A program made the translations under genes and the position numbers. Below are positions 1 through 11,823 of a stretch of DNA of 64,000 bases, one piece after another. The stretch is from Rebecca billardiae RCC1528. Taxonomy: Eukaryota; Protista; Haptophyta. The notes beneath the pieces were generated by a model. It made no database searches, had not been told where the DNA came from, and saw only the letters and a program-made list of their open reading frames with translations. The stretch's first letter is position 1. The number at the start of each line of letters is the position of its first letter. The DNA lies in assembly GCA_965240325.2 (NCBI GenBank), contig OZ251222.1:682001-746000 (forward strand), given 5' to 3'.

Positions 1-2
1 AC

Positions 3-839
3 GCGGCGAGTGAGGTGCTTCGCATCCACGCGGCGGAGCTGCGGCTGGGGCTCGCGCGGCGCATCGACCGCTCGTCCTCGCTGCGCGGCACCCTCGCCGC
101 GCTCGAGGCGCACAACCCCGACCCGGCCGTGCACGAGGCGTTCGTCCGAGTCGTGAGCGACGGCGGCGCGAGACGCCGGGACGCGTCGCAGCCGCCGTCG
201 CCGCGCCGCGCCGCGACGCCGCGCGCGCCCGGCGCGCCGCACGGCGGCGGCAGCGCGGAGTGGGAGGTGGAGTACGAGTGGGGGCTGCCGCCCGCCGGGA
301 GCGCGGCCGCGCGGCGCGGCAGCGCCTCCGGAAGCGACACCTCCGATCCGGACCCCGAGCGCGCGCCGCCGCCGCCGCCGCCGCCCAATCCCGCCGTGGC
401 CGCGGCCGCGTGTCAGGAGGAGGACACCGGCGGGCGCGCGCACTCGGCGCTGCGCGTGGCTGTGCGCTCGCCGCTGCACTTCGTCGCGTCGCCGGCGCTC
501 GGCGCGCGGCTGCTCGGCTTCTTCAGCGTCGCCGGCGCCGCCGAGCAGGCGGCGATGCAGGCGCTGGTCAGCTCGCAGCTCGAGGCGCTCTCCTCGTGGC
601 GCGACCGCGCGCTCGCCGAGCTGCTGGCGCGCCGCACGCAGCTGGCGGTCGACGTGCGCGTGCGCGCGCCGCGCGTGCTGCTGCCGGCGGACGAGCGCGA
701 CGCGCGGTGCGCGCTGCTCGTGCTCGACTTGGGCCACCTCTCGGCGCGCTCGTCCGAGCTCGGCGGCGGTGCGGGCGGCGTTGGCGGCGGCGGCGGCGGC
801 GGCGGCGTTGGCGGCGGCGGCGGCGTTGGCGGCGGCGGC

Positions 840-877
<38 letters not shown>

Positions 878-1489
878 CGGCGCATCCCTCCGGCGCGCGC
901 CCACGGTGGACTGGGGGTGCGCCGAGCTCGGCGCCGAGCTCGGCGGAGATCTCGGCGGAGAGATCGACCTGGGCGCCATCGAGCTGTACGACCGCTTCTC
1001 GCTCTCGGTGCGCCGCGTGTGCGTGCTGCTCAAGCGCAAGGGCGCGGCACCGCCAGAGTTGCTCGGGCCAGCGGGTGACGGCGCCGCTGCGGACGACGCG
1101 GGGCACGGCAGCCTAGACGAGCTGGCCGCCGGCGGCGAGCGGCTGCTGCACCGGCTGGACGTGCGGGTGGGCGCGGCGGTGTGCGTCTCCGCGACGCTCT
1201 CGCCGCAGCTGCCGCAGTACGTGGCGCGCGCGGCGCTGAGCGCGGACGCGGACGCGGACGGCGGCGGGCCGAGCCCGCCGCCGCCGCCGCGGCGCGCGGA
1301 CGGCGGCGCGGACGGTGGCGCGCCGCTGCAGCTGCGCATTTCGAGCGCGCAGCTCAGCGAGGTGACCGCCATCCTGAGCGCCGCGCTCGAGCCGTATGCC
1401 GCGCTCTCCGTGGCGGCGGCGCCGCCGCCGCCGGCCGCGGCCGTCCCTGCGGGGCCGGGCTGGGCCGAGCCGGCAGCGGTCGGAGCGCA

Positions 1490-1528
<39 letters not shown>

Positions 1529-2184
1529 GCCACCGCCACCGTCGATCGCTCTCGAGCTCGCGGCCGCCGAGAGCACCGCCGCCGCCACGCCGCAGCCTGC
1601 CGAGATCGGCGACTCGCCGGGCGCGCTCCTGCTGCTGACGATCACGGTGCCGGCGCTGGCGCTGCACCTCGCCGACGGCGCGTCCGTGCCCGAGGGCGGC
1701 GGCGCGCCGGCCGGGCCCGCCGACAGCGCGCAGGCGCCGCTGGCTCTGGTGCGCGCGCGCGGCATCGAGCTGCGCGCGCGCGCCGAGCGCGCGGGCGGCG
1801 GCACGCGCCTGCAGTTCCGGCTCGCCTCGCTCGGCATCGTGAACGAGCGCGTGGCAGAGGGCGCGCCGACGCGGCTGCTCGTGCGCTCGCACGACGAGTC
1901 AGACTCCGACGCGGCGGCGGCGGGCGGCGCGCCCGATCTCGTCCTGATCTCGTATGCCACCGGCGGGGCCGTGAACTCACTCGCGGACGCGCACGCGGCG
2001 CCGAGCGCGGCCGCGGTCGACGCGGCGGCACTCAGCGCCGCGCTGCGCCCGCGCGCGGCGCTCTCGATCGCGTTCGGCGGCGTCGACGTGCACTGGTGCC
2101 CCGCCGTGGCGGAGCGAGTGATCGGCTTCGCGTACGCACGCACCGACGGCGGCGCGCCGAGCGCTGTCCCGCTGCCCGGCGCGA

Positions 2185-2217
<33 letters not shown>

Positions 2218-4081
2218 GCGACGCGCAGCGCGAGCGCGCGCGCGCCGACTCGGCCGCGAGCGCGCGCTCGCCGCCGCCGCTCGCGCAGCGCTCGGCGTCG
2301 GCGCGCGACGACGAGGTGAGCCTGATCGTGAACGCGTCGATGCGCACCGTCAGCTTCTGGATGCACCTCGACCTGGACGACGCGGACGACGCGCGGCGCG
2401 GCGGCGCGGCACCGTGCCTCGCGCGCGCAGACTGCCGCGAGCTGCGCGCGCAACACGTGCTCGGAGCGGACGGCGGCACGCTGCTGCGCTGCTCGGCGCA
2501 CGCGTTCGCGCTCACGCCGCTGCTCTCGTCCGAGCCGCTCGCGCAGCGGCCGATGCTGAGCCCGGCGTTCGCGGCGACGCCGCCGGACGCGCCCGCCGCC
2601 GACGCACCGCCGCCCTCGCCCCGTGCCGCCGCCGACGCACCGCTCCTAGTTCTGACCTACTGCACTCTGGTGCCGCCCGCGCCGCGGCGCGCGGTGCGGG
2701 CGCTCGTCGCGCCCGAGGCGGCCGCGAGCGGCGGCGCCGAGCCGGTGCGCTCCGAGCCGCCGTCCGAGCTGCCGTACAGTGCGGAGCTGGCGATCTCGCT
2801 CGGCGAGATTGCCGTGTGCTACTATCAGCCGGACGTGCTGGCCCTCCATGCCTACCTCCACCAAGGGCTGCTCGGCACGATTGTGGGGAGCGCGGAGACG
2901 GCGGTGGCGGAGGTGGCGCGGGGAGAGGCGCCGGAGGGGGAGGCCGCCGGCAGCGGCGGCACGCGGCTGCGCGTGCGCACGGGCGCGACGCGGCTGTTCA
3001 TGCCGGCAGACAAGCGCTGCGCGGCGGGAGTGGTCGCTCACATCGGCTCGCTCGAGCTCGCGCACACCAACGCCGCCGACGGCGCCGGCGGCGTGGACAC
3101 GGTGTACACGACGCGAGCGCGCGCGCTGCAGCTGCGCACGGCGGGCGGGCCGGACGCGGACGCGCCCTCCGGACCGCTCGCGCCGCTGATGCGCCGCACC
3201 AACCTCGAGGTGAGCGTGAACATGCCGATGGCGCTGGACGCACGCGCGCCGCGCCATACCGTCTGGCTGCGCGCGCACGCCAGCGCGTCCGACGTCGAGC
3301 TGGAGTTGACCGTTGGTCAGTACTGCCTGCTGATGGAGACCCTGGAATCAAACCTGGGCGCGGAGCCGGCGGCGGCGTACGAGGCGCTGCTGGCGGAGGC
3401 GGGCGCGGCGGGCGCGGCGGGCGCGGCGGGCGCGGCGGGCGCGGCGGGCGCGGCGGGCGCGGCGGGCGCGGCGGGCGCGGCGGGCGCGGAGCCGGACGCC
3501 GCCGACCCCGCCTCGCGCTTCGAGCTCGACTTCGAGCTCGTCGGCGTCTCGCTGCGCGCGCACGACGCGCAGGGGCCGGCGGCGCGCGCGGTCGTCGAGG
3601 CGCTGCGCTTCACGTGTGCGCGGCAGCTGGGGCGGCTGGAGCTTGGGCTGTTCTGCGACGGGATTTCTTGCGCGCCGCTCGCGTGCAGGGCGGCCGAGGG
3701 CGGCGGCGCGCCGGCGCCGCGCCTGCCCTTCCTCCTGCGCACCGCGCCGAGCGCACACGCGCCCGTCTCGCCGCCGGCCGCGCGCGGCGGCTCGGGGCCG
3801 ACCTCGCCGCGCGCCGCCGCCGCCGCCGCCGCCGCGGCGGGTCGCGCCTCCCCGCCCGGCGGCGGCGCGCGCCCGTGGCAGCGGCAGCTGGAGGTGGAGT
3901 ACGTGCGCACGCTCTCGCCTCCCGCCGTGCCTCCTCCCGCCGCGCGCGCCGAGCCCGCGCCCCCGCAGCAGCAGCAGGGCAGCGCGGCGTTTGTGCACGT
4001 GCACCTGGGCGGCCTCCATCTTGTGCTGCTGCACGCGCACGCGCTCAGGCTCGCGCGGTTTGGGTATGCGCCGTTTGAGGC

Positions 4082-4113
<32 letters not shown>

Positions 4114-6516
4114 AGGGCGGGCGTGAGAGGGCGGAGGCCTCGCCGCCACAGCCGCCGCAGCCTCCGCCCTCGCCCGTGGCTCCGTGCAGCATGGAGGTGG
4201 CGGTGGTGGTGAGCGAATGTCTCGTGCACGTGCCCATGCAGCCAGGCGCGGCGCGCGCGGGGCCTGGCGGCGCCGAGCCCGCCGCGCGCGCAGAGCAGGA
4301 CGCGCTCAGCAGCGCGGTGCACGGCCCTTGCCTCGTGCTGCGCGGCACTGGCATGCTGCAGTACTCCACAGAGTCGCGCGGCGCGGGCGGCGCGGGAGGC
4401 GGCGGCGCGGCCGAGGGCGCGCACTCGACGCAGCGCGTCGTGTTGCGGCTGCCCGGGCTGGGCGCGTATCTGCAGCAGCGCCCGCCGCCGCGCGCGCACG
4501 ACAGCGCGCGCGCCGTTGTCGAGGAGGACGCCTCCGCCGACGCGGCGGTGCGCGCGCCGCCGCTCAAGCTCGTCAGCGGCCTTCACCTTGAGGCGCGCGC
4601 AACCCGCGTCTGCCCGACACCCTCCGCCGCCGCCGCCGCCGCCGCGGAGGGCGACGCTGAGTGGACCGAGCTGGACGTGCAGGCGGCGAACGAGCTGCAC
4701 GGCACTGTCTCGTACACCGCGGCGGTGGCGCTCGCCGGGATTGGCGCATCGCTGCTCGCCGCGGCCGCGGGCGGCGCGGCGGACGCGGCGGCGGCGGCGG
4801 CGGCGGGCGGCGATGCGCGTGCGTCTGGCGGCGCCGCCGCGCCCGCGTCAGTCTCGCACCCCGCCGCCGAGCGCGCGCCGCACCCCGCGCCGCCGCCCTC
4901 CTTCTCCGCCAAGCTCGCCACGTCCGGTTGCTCCCTCGTCCTCGTGAACGATCTGGCGGGCCGTGACGTGCCGTTGCTGCGGCTGCGCCTCCCGCGGCTC
5001 GAGGGCTCGGTCGCCATGCTGGGCGCGCGCGTGCAGCTCACGTTTGCCGCGCGCGTCTCGCTGCTCGCGCACAACGCGCACCTGCTCGCGTGGGAGCCGC
5101 TGCTCGAGGAGTGGCCGTTCGAGGCGAAGGTGAGCTCGGCGGGAACTGGCACGAGCTCGGGCGCGCACGCCAGCCGAGCGACCTCCGCGCCGCCGTCCGC
5201 CGCCGCCGCCGCCGCCGGCGGCAGCGGCTCCGCGGACGGCTCCGCGCCGCCGCCGACGGGGCCGACGACGACGCGCACGCCGCCGGCCGCGTATTACGCC
5301 GAGGTGCACGCGGACGCGCCGCTCAACCTGAACGTCTCGTCCGAGCTGCTCGAGCTGCTCACGCACACGGCGCAGACGTTGCGCGCTGACTACGCCGCGC
5401 TGCGCCGCGCGCCGCGCGGCGCCGAGGCGTCCGCGCTCGACCCGGCCGCGCTCGGCAGCCGCCGCCCGTTCGACGCGTACGTCTTGCTCAACGCGTGCGG
5501 CTCCTCGCTTGCGTACGCCGCCGCGCGCTCGGACGGCTGGGGGGTGGTGCCGGACGGCGCGCGCGTGAGCGTCATGCCACTCGACCGCTCGCCCGCGGGC
5601 CGGCCCGCGCCCACGCTGTCGATCTGGCTTGAGGGCTGGCAGCCGCTCAGCGACGTGCCGGTGGGGCGGGTCGGGCGGCGGTGGCACGCGCTCGCGCCCG
5701 CGGACGGCGGCGCGCGGCGCTCGGCGTCCGCGCCGACGCCCTTCGCCGTCGTCGACGTGAGCCTGTGCGCGGACACTCGCGTGATTGCCGTGCGCTCGCC
5801 GTGGTGTGTGCGCAACCTCTCGACGCGCGCGCTCAGCGTCTCGGTGCGCCAGGCGGGGATCGGCGGCGTCGAGCCCCTCGTGCTCGTGCGCCGGCTGCCG
5901 GCCGGCGGCGCGCTGCCGCTGCCGCTGTGCGCGCGCACGCACGACGGCGCGTGGCAGCTCGCGCTGCGGCCGCTGCCGGACGGCTCGCACTCGTGGTCGA
6001 ATCTCTTTGCGCTCCCGCCGGTGCCGCCCGAGGCGGCGGCGGCGGCGGGCGGCGGCGGGCTCGGCGGCGGGCTCGGTGGCGGCGGCGGCGGCGGCGCGCG
6101 GCACGCGCCGGCGGCGCAATCGTCCGAGCTGACTGCGCGCGCGCTCGACCAGGCCGCCTCCGACTGCACGCTGCTCATGCGGTACGCGGGCGGCGCGCAC
6201 CGGCGTATGTCTACGGTCAGCATCCTGCCTCCGGTCGTGCTGCGAAACGGCCTGTGCCGCCCGCTGCGGTACGGCGCGCACGCGCAGCCGACGGACGCGG
6301 CCAGGGCGCGCGCCGCGGCCGCGCCCGCGCCGCTCCGCGGTGAGCTGCAGCCGGGCGACGAGGCGGCGATCTTTGCGCCGAGCTCGAGCGCGCTGCAGCT
6401 GCAGGTGATGCTGGCGGGCTTCCCGCAGCCATCCACCATCGGCGTGCTGCCGCTCGGCCACAGCCGGCACGGCGGCGGCGGCGGCGGCGGGAGCGGCGGG
6501 AGCGGCGGCGGCGGGA

Positions 6517-6556
<40 letters not shown>

Positions 6557-9500
6557 GCCCCTTGCAGAGCAGCTCGAGCCGTGCGAGCTCCGGCTCGTCT
6601 CGGCGGACCGGCAGCAGCTCTCGGTGCGCGTGCTGCGCCGGGTGGAGGCGACACGCGTCGTGCGACTCTCTCTCGTCGTGCCGCTCTGGGTGACGAACCT
6701 CACCAGCCTGCCGCTGGGCTACTCGCGCGCGTTCGAGCGCTCTGAGCAGCAGCCCGCGTCGCGCTTCGGGTTCGTGCCGGTCGATGACTCGCGGCTCGTG
6801 GTGGACGTGTTCGAGAACGAGCGGCGGCCGACGCTGTTCGAGCCGTTCTCGCGCGCCGAGCTTTACGCAACGGATGCGTGCGGCGCGCTATGCGACGAGG
6901 ATGGCCAGCCGCTGCCGTGCGCGGTCGGGGCGGACGGCCCGGGCGCTTTGCTGCTGCCGCCGCGCGGCTGGGCGTGGTCGGGCGATTGGGCGATCGTGCG
7001 CGACCGCACGACGGACGACGCGGGCTGGGCGTACGCGCTGAGCTGGCAGTCGGCATGGCACGCGCTTGAGCAGCCGACCTCGCTCGTGCGCCGCCGGCGC
7101 TGGCGCCGCGAGCGCGTGCGCGCCGTCCCGAGCGCAGAGGCCGTCGCGTTTGCCGCCGCGTCGTGCGCGCCCGCGGTGGTGCCTGTCGCGCCGGAGCGCG
7201 CGCTGCACATCTGCGTCGCCTCGGCGTCGGAGCACTCGCCGCGGCTCGCGCTGCGCGACGCGAGCACCGGCTCGATCGCACTCTCGCTCGGCGGCGCCGC
7301 GCGCCGGCCCGATGGCCTGCGCTGCTGCTACGAGCTCGCCGCGCACGTGGGCGTCGCGGAGGGCACGCACGGGTTCACGCGCACGCTCACCGTGCGCGCT
7401 CGCTACACGCTCAGCAACCGGCTGCGCGCGCCGCTCGCGTTCGCGCAGCTGGGGCGCGAGGGCGCGGTGCCACCCCTCGTGCTTGGCGAGCACGGCGCGA
7501 GCAGCGGCGCGCCCGGCGGCGGCGGCCTGCTTGCGCCGGGCGCGAGCGTCGGGCTGCACTGGCCGGATGGGGAGGGCGCGCGCGTGTTCAGACTTCGAGA
7601 CGCGACGGCGGCGGCGGCGGCGGCGGCCGCGCCGTCCGCCGAGCGCGGCGCCGGCGGCGACGACGCGGCGGCGTGGGGGCCGCCGCTCCCGCTGGACGAC
7701 GGCGAATACATTTGCTTCCTGCCGCTGCGCGCGGGCTCGACGCCGCCGCCGGGTGGCCGCGTCGTCCGCGCGCTCGTGCAGCCCTCCTCGCACGCGCGCG
7801 CCCACGAGCGCCTCGAGCGGATCGTGGTGGTCGAGGCGCGCGCCGACGGCGCCGCCATCGACCTGTGCGTGCGCGAGCCGACGCGCACGGAGACGGCCGT
7901 GCCGTTCTACCTCCACAACACGTCGCGTGCGCACGTGAGCGCGCTGCAGGCGCCGTGCGACGAGCTGCGCAACCCGACGCGGCTCACCCCCGCCGCGCCG
8001 GGCGAGTGCGTGCCCCTGCTGCTCGAGAGCCACGCCGTGCCGCTGGCGCGCGTGGCCTTCAGCGTGCGCGCGGGCGCGAGCGCGCCGCTCACGATCCGCC
8101 CCGCGGCCAAGGGCGAGGCGCGTGTGCTCGACGCGGGCGGCGGCACGCGCCTGCTCTGCGCGGTGGAGGCGCGCGGGCCGGTGCGCGTGCTCTGCGTCCG
8201 GGACACCGCGCCGCCGCCGCGTACCACGCCGGGGACCGTCGCGCGCGCCGGCGAGACGGCGGAGCGCGCGACGCCCGCGGCCGGCGCGCCGCCGCCGCCG
8301 GCGCGCGCCGCCGCGGCCGCGGCCGCGTCTGGAAGCGCGGAGCGCTCGCGCGCGGCGCGCGCGGACGCGCCCACGGTGCGCGACGCGGTGGACTGGGCGC
8401 TGCACCTCGCCGCCGTGCGCGTCTCCTTCGTCCACCGCGGCCGCGAGCACCTCCTCGCCTCCGCCGAGGAGATCGCCGCGCTCGTCGGACCGTCGAGCGC
8501 GCCGGGCGGCGGCATGGCGGCGTCGGTGCGCGTGCGCTGGCTCGAGCTGAATAATCAGCTGCCGCGAGCACCCTTCCCCGCGCTGCTGCGCCCGGCGCAC
8601 GCGCGCGCGGGGCCCGCTGCCGCGCACGCCGGCGCCGCGCCGCGCAAGGGCCCGAGGAGCGCACCCGCCTCCGCGCGCGCACCCGCCGTCTTCGAGGCGC
8701 GCGCCGAGTGGACCGAGCGCACGGCCACGACCGCGGTCGTGCGGCTCGTCTCGGCGCGCGCCGCGAGCGTCGACCTCGCGCTGGACACGCGCACGGCCGC
8801 GCAGCTGCTCGGCGCGTACGTCGACGTGAGCGGCGCGCTCGCCGAGCTGCTCGAGCTCGTCTCCGGGCCGCCCGCGCCGCCGCCCGGCGCCGACGACGAC
8901 GAGCGCGCGGCGGACGCCGCCGCAGGCCGCGTGCGTGCCACCGTCCCGAGCGAGGTGGCCGCGCGCGCGCGCGCCGCGGCCGCGGCGCGCGGCGGCGCGG
9001 CGGCGCGCGGCGTGCACAAGACGTACCTCTCCTGGCTGCACCTGCAGCCGCTCAAGGTGTTCCTCAGCGTGCGCTCGTCCGGCTCGGGGCTGCGCGCGCT
9101 CCTCGAGGCCGCCGAGCGCGCGCAGCGCGCCGGCGACGGCGGCACGTCCGCGGCGGCGCGGCCGGCGCACCCGTCCGCGCCGCTCGCGGCCGTGGTGGGC
9201 AACAGCCTGTCCGCCGCGTTGCTCCACTTCTCCCGGGAGCCCCTCCGGATCAACCCGATCACGCTCGAGGAGTTCTGGGGGCCGACCGCGCTGCTCGGCG
9301 CGACGGTGACCGAGCACTACCGCGCGTGCACGCTCTCCCAGCTCCACGGCAAGGTGGGCTCGCTCGAAGTGCTCGGCAACCCGCGCCGGCTGTTTGCGCA
9401 TCTCTCGACCGGCATGTCCGACGCCTTCTACGAGCCGTATGAGCGGCTGCTCGTCGGGCCGGGCGAGTTCTTCGAGGCGGTGGGGAAGGGGACGGTCTCG

Positions 9501-10343
9501 CTCGGGCGGAACGTCGTCGCGGGCGTCTCGCAGTCCGCCGCCTCGCTCACCGGCTCGCTCGCGCGCGGCGTGGCCGAGCTCTCACTCGACCGCGAGTACG
9601 TCGCGCGCCGCTCGGAAGGTTCCGAGAACTCTCGCGCGGTGCGCAATGCGGGCGAGGGCGTGCTCAAAGGCATGCTGCGCGCGGGCGAGGGGATCGGCCG
9701 CGGGGTCTCCGGGCTGCTCACCGACCCGATCACCGGCGCGCAGCGCGACGGGCTCGAGGGCTTTGGCCGCGGCCTCGCGTCCGGCATCGTCGGCCTGGCG
9801 GTCAAGCCGATCGTCGGAGTGGCCGACCTGGCGTCCAACGTGGCGGAGGGCGTGGCCGCCTCGTCCGCGTCGCCCGAGGAGCAGCGCGCTCTCGGCGCGC
9901 TGCAGGAGCGCGTGCGGCTGCCGCGCGCGTTCGGCCCGCACGGCGAGCTCGTGCCGTTCAGCGAGCAGGGCGCGCTCGCCGCGCGCGCGCTCGAGGCCGT
10001 GCGCACGGCGAGCCGCACCGGCCGCTTCGACGCCGACCGACTGGTGGGGGACGTGGGCGCGACGCTCGTCACGACGCGCCATCTGATCGGTGTGCACAAG
10101 CGCGACACGCAGCCGAGCCGGCAGTGGTTCGTGCCGCTCGCGTCGATCGTGTGCGCCGAGGTGGCGGGCACGGCGGTGCGCCTGCACGCCGCGCGCGGCG
10201 AGGCGTGCCCGCCCGTGCGCTGCACGTCGGACGCCGAGGCACGCCGGCTGTACGAGCTGGTCACGCACGCGCTGCTCGCCGTCAATCTGGTCGTGGACGA
10301 GGACGAGGGCGGCGCCGGCCCGCTCGACGAGGCTGGCGGCTAG
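3..10343 (+). CDS. VPS13: VPS13-family bridge-like lipid transfer protein, 5'-truncated by the window edge
   Basis: Frame is open from base 3 to TAG at 10341-10343. Recognisable motifs: 'VDVRVRAPRVLLP..LLVLDLGHL', 'LYDRFSL', 'WEPLLEEWPF', VAB/SHR-BD repeats ('PWCVRNLS', 'PVVLRNGL', 'PLWVTNLT', 'RYTLSNRL', 'PFYLHNTS'), APT1-like 'LELNNQLPRAPFPALL', 'GSLEVLGNP', ATG2_C-like Gly-rich 'PITGAQRDGLEGFGRGL..KPIVG', 'RVRLPRAF' and a C-terminal PH-like domain. Confidence 0.93.
3398..3488 (+). repeat. Coding 9-bp tandem repeat (GCGGGCGCG)n encoding (AGA)n inside VPS13
   Basis: About 10 perfect copies are visible. Poly-Gly GGC runs also occur at about 762-875 and 6471-6553. Confidence 0.9.
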
Positions 10344-11056
10344 GCTCCGCCCTTTGGCTTCGGCCTGTCGATCTGCGCCGTACGTGGCGCGCTGAGCGGC
10401 TGAGGGGCAGCCGAGGGTCGACTCAGACTGGTCACTGGGTGACTGGGTCGGGAGGATCGCGAGTGACATGCCGTGTGAGTGTGTCTGTGACACTCGTGTC
10501 TTGTCGCTCGGACAGACGTGTCACGTGCCAGACGACGACGTCAACGACAAGCAGTACGACAACGTGGACTCGGCGCGGTGCACGCGCCCTGATCGCCGCA
10601 GCCATCTGATCGCTAAGCCCGCGCTTTTTAAAATATATATTTAATTAATAGCGCATCAGCAGCAGTAGTAATATACTACTATACCGCGCGCCTCTGGCTC
10701 TGACGCCGTTCGACCAGAGTGCGCGACGTCACATGCGCGCGCTACGTACTATGACTATAATAATAATACGACTCAGCGTCACGATTATTAGCTCATATAT
10801 TCTGAACGTCACCGTATCCGACAGGCTTCTTGCTGCCAATGCTGGCGTCACGAGTCATGGCCCGCTGTAGTGTGACGTGGAGGTCCGCGCGATCCGCGGA
10901 GCATAAATCAAGCGACGAGCCGGCCGCGAGCAGCACGTGATCAAGGCGTGCTTGCGATGGCGCGTGCATCCCCAGCGCTCCCCAGAGCGCCGGAGCAACG
11001 CAAGCGTGTCTCCACGCGTACCCCATTTCCGCGATCGCGGCATACAGTAGCGGTGC

Positions 11057-11579
11057 TCATGCATCGTCGTAGTTCTGGCATGTCTCGCGGTTCATCGGGT
11101 TGTCGCAGGGCAAGAGGCCAAAGTTGCCCTTGGCCAGAGCCTCGACGCCAGGCACCATCTTCGAAAGCACGTTCGTCACGCCCGCCGCCCCACCGAACGC
11201 CCCCGAGTCGAACCAGTTGGGCGTGTGCCTGGGACGCGTAAGGGGGGCGCACGAGAGGCGGGCAGGGGGTGAGGCTGGGAGCGGGTACGAGGGCTAGGCC
11301 GCGCGGATCCCGCGGGCTCATGCGTCCCTGTCGTGCGCACGCTCGCGCGTGGCGTGGCAGCTGCGCACGCCGCACTCACGTCTTCGGGTTCATGATGAAG
11401 TCGTACGAGTGCTTCTCATCGTGGTCCTCGCCGAGACCGAACGCCTTCCCACCCATGGCCTCGTTGTGGCCGAGGTGGCAGAGGGTCGAGCCGGGCTGGC
11501 ACGTCGGGTCGACGCGCGCCCTCTCCTCGAAGTACTCGTGCTGCGCATCGATCGACTTCTCAATGCTCGGGAAGACCAT
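11057..11579 (-). CDS. Small hypothetical protein (123 aa), two exons: 11579-11380 and 11228-11057
   Basis: ATG at 11579, GTGAGT donor at 11379, CAG acceptor ending at 11229. Splicing gives 372 nt in frame (MVFPSIEK...NPKT/HTPNWFDSG...QNYDDA*) with strong GC3 codon bias. Not recovered whole by the ORF track. Confidence 0.75.
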
Positions 11580-11823
11580 CGCGCCGCGACGACAAAGGAG
11601 CGCTTGGCGGACGAGGGCGTTTGAGCAAAAGCAGCGTGCGCCGTGCGGGTGTTGGCTGGGATCCGGGCGAGTCAGCGGCAAAGCCACCACACCAGGCAAC
11701 TTCAGGGAGATTTCCCAGGCGGCACCGGACTGCTGATCAACAGCTCGTAGCTCCGGACACTGCCGGGCCGCCACGACTTTCGAGACGTCTTGCACCCTCG
11801 CCGCCCGGCTCGCCGCCTCGACG

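Noticed and set aside
260-10493. Dozens of long overlapping ORFs within VPS13 and other genes
   Set aside because: They are Arg/Ala/Pro-rich off-frame translations with no motifs.
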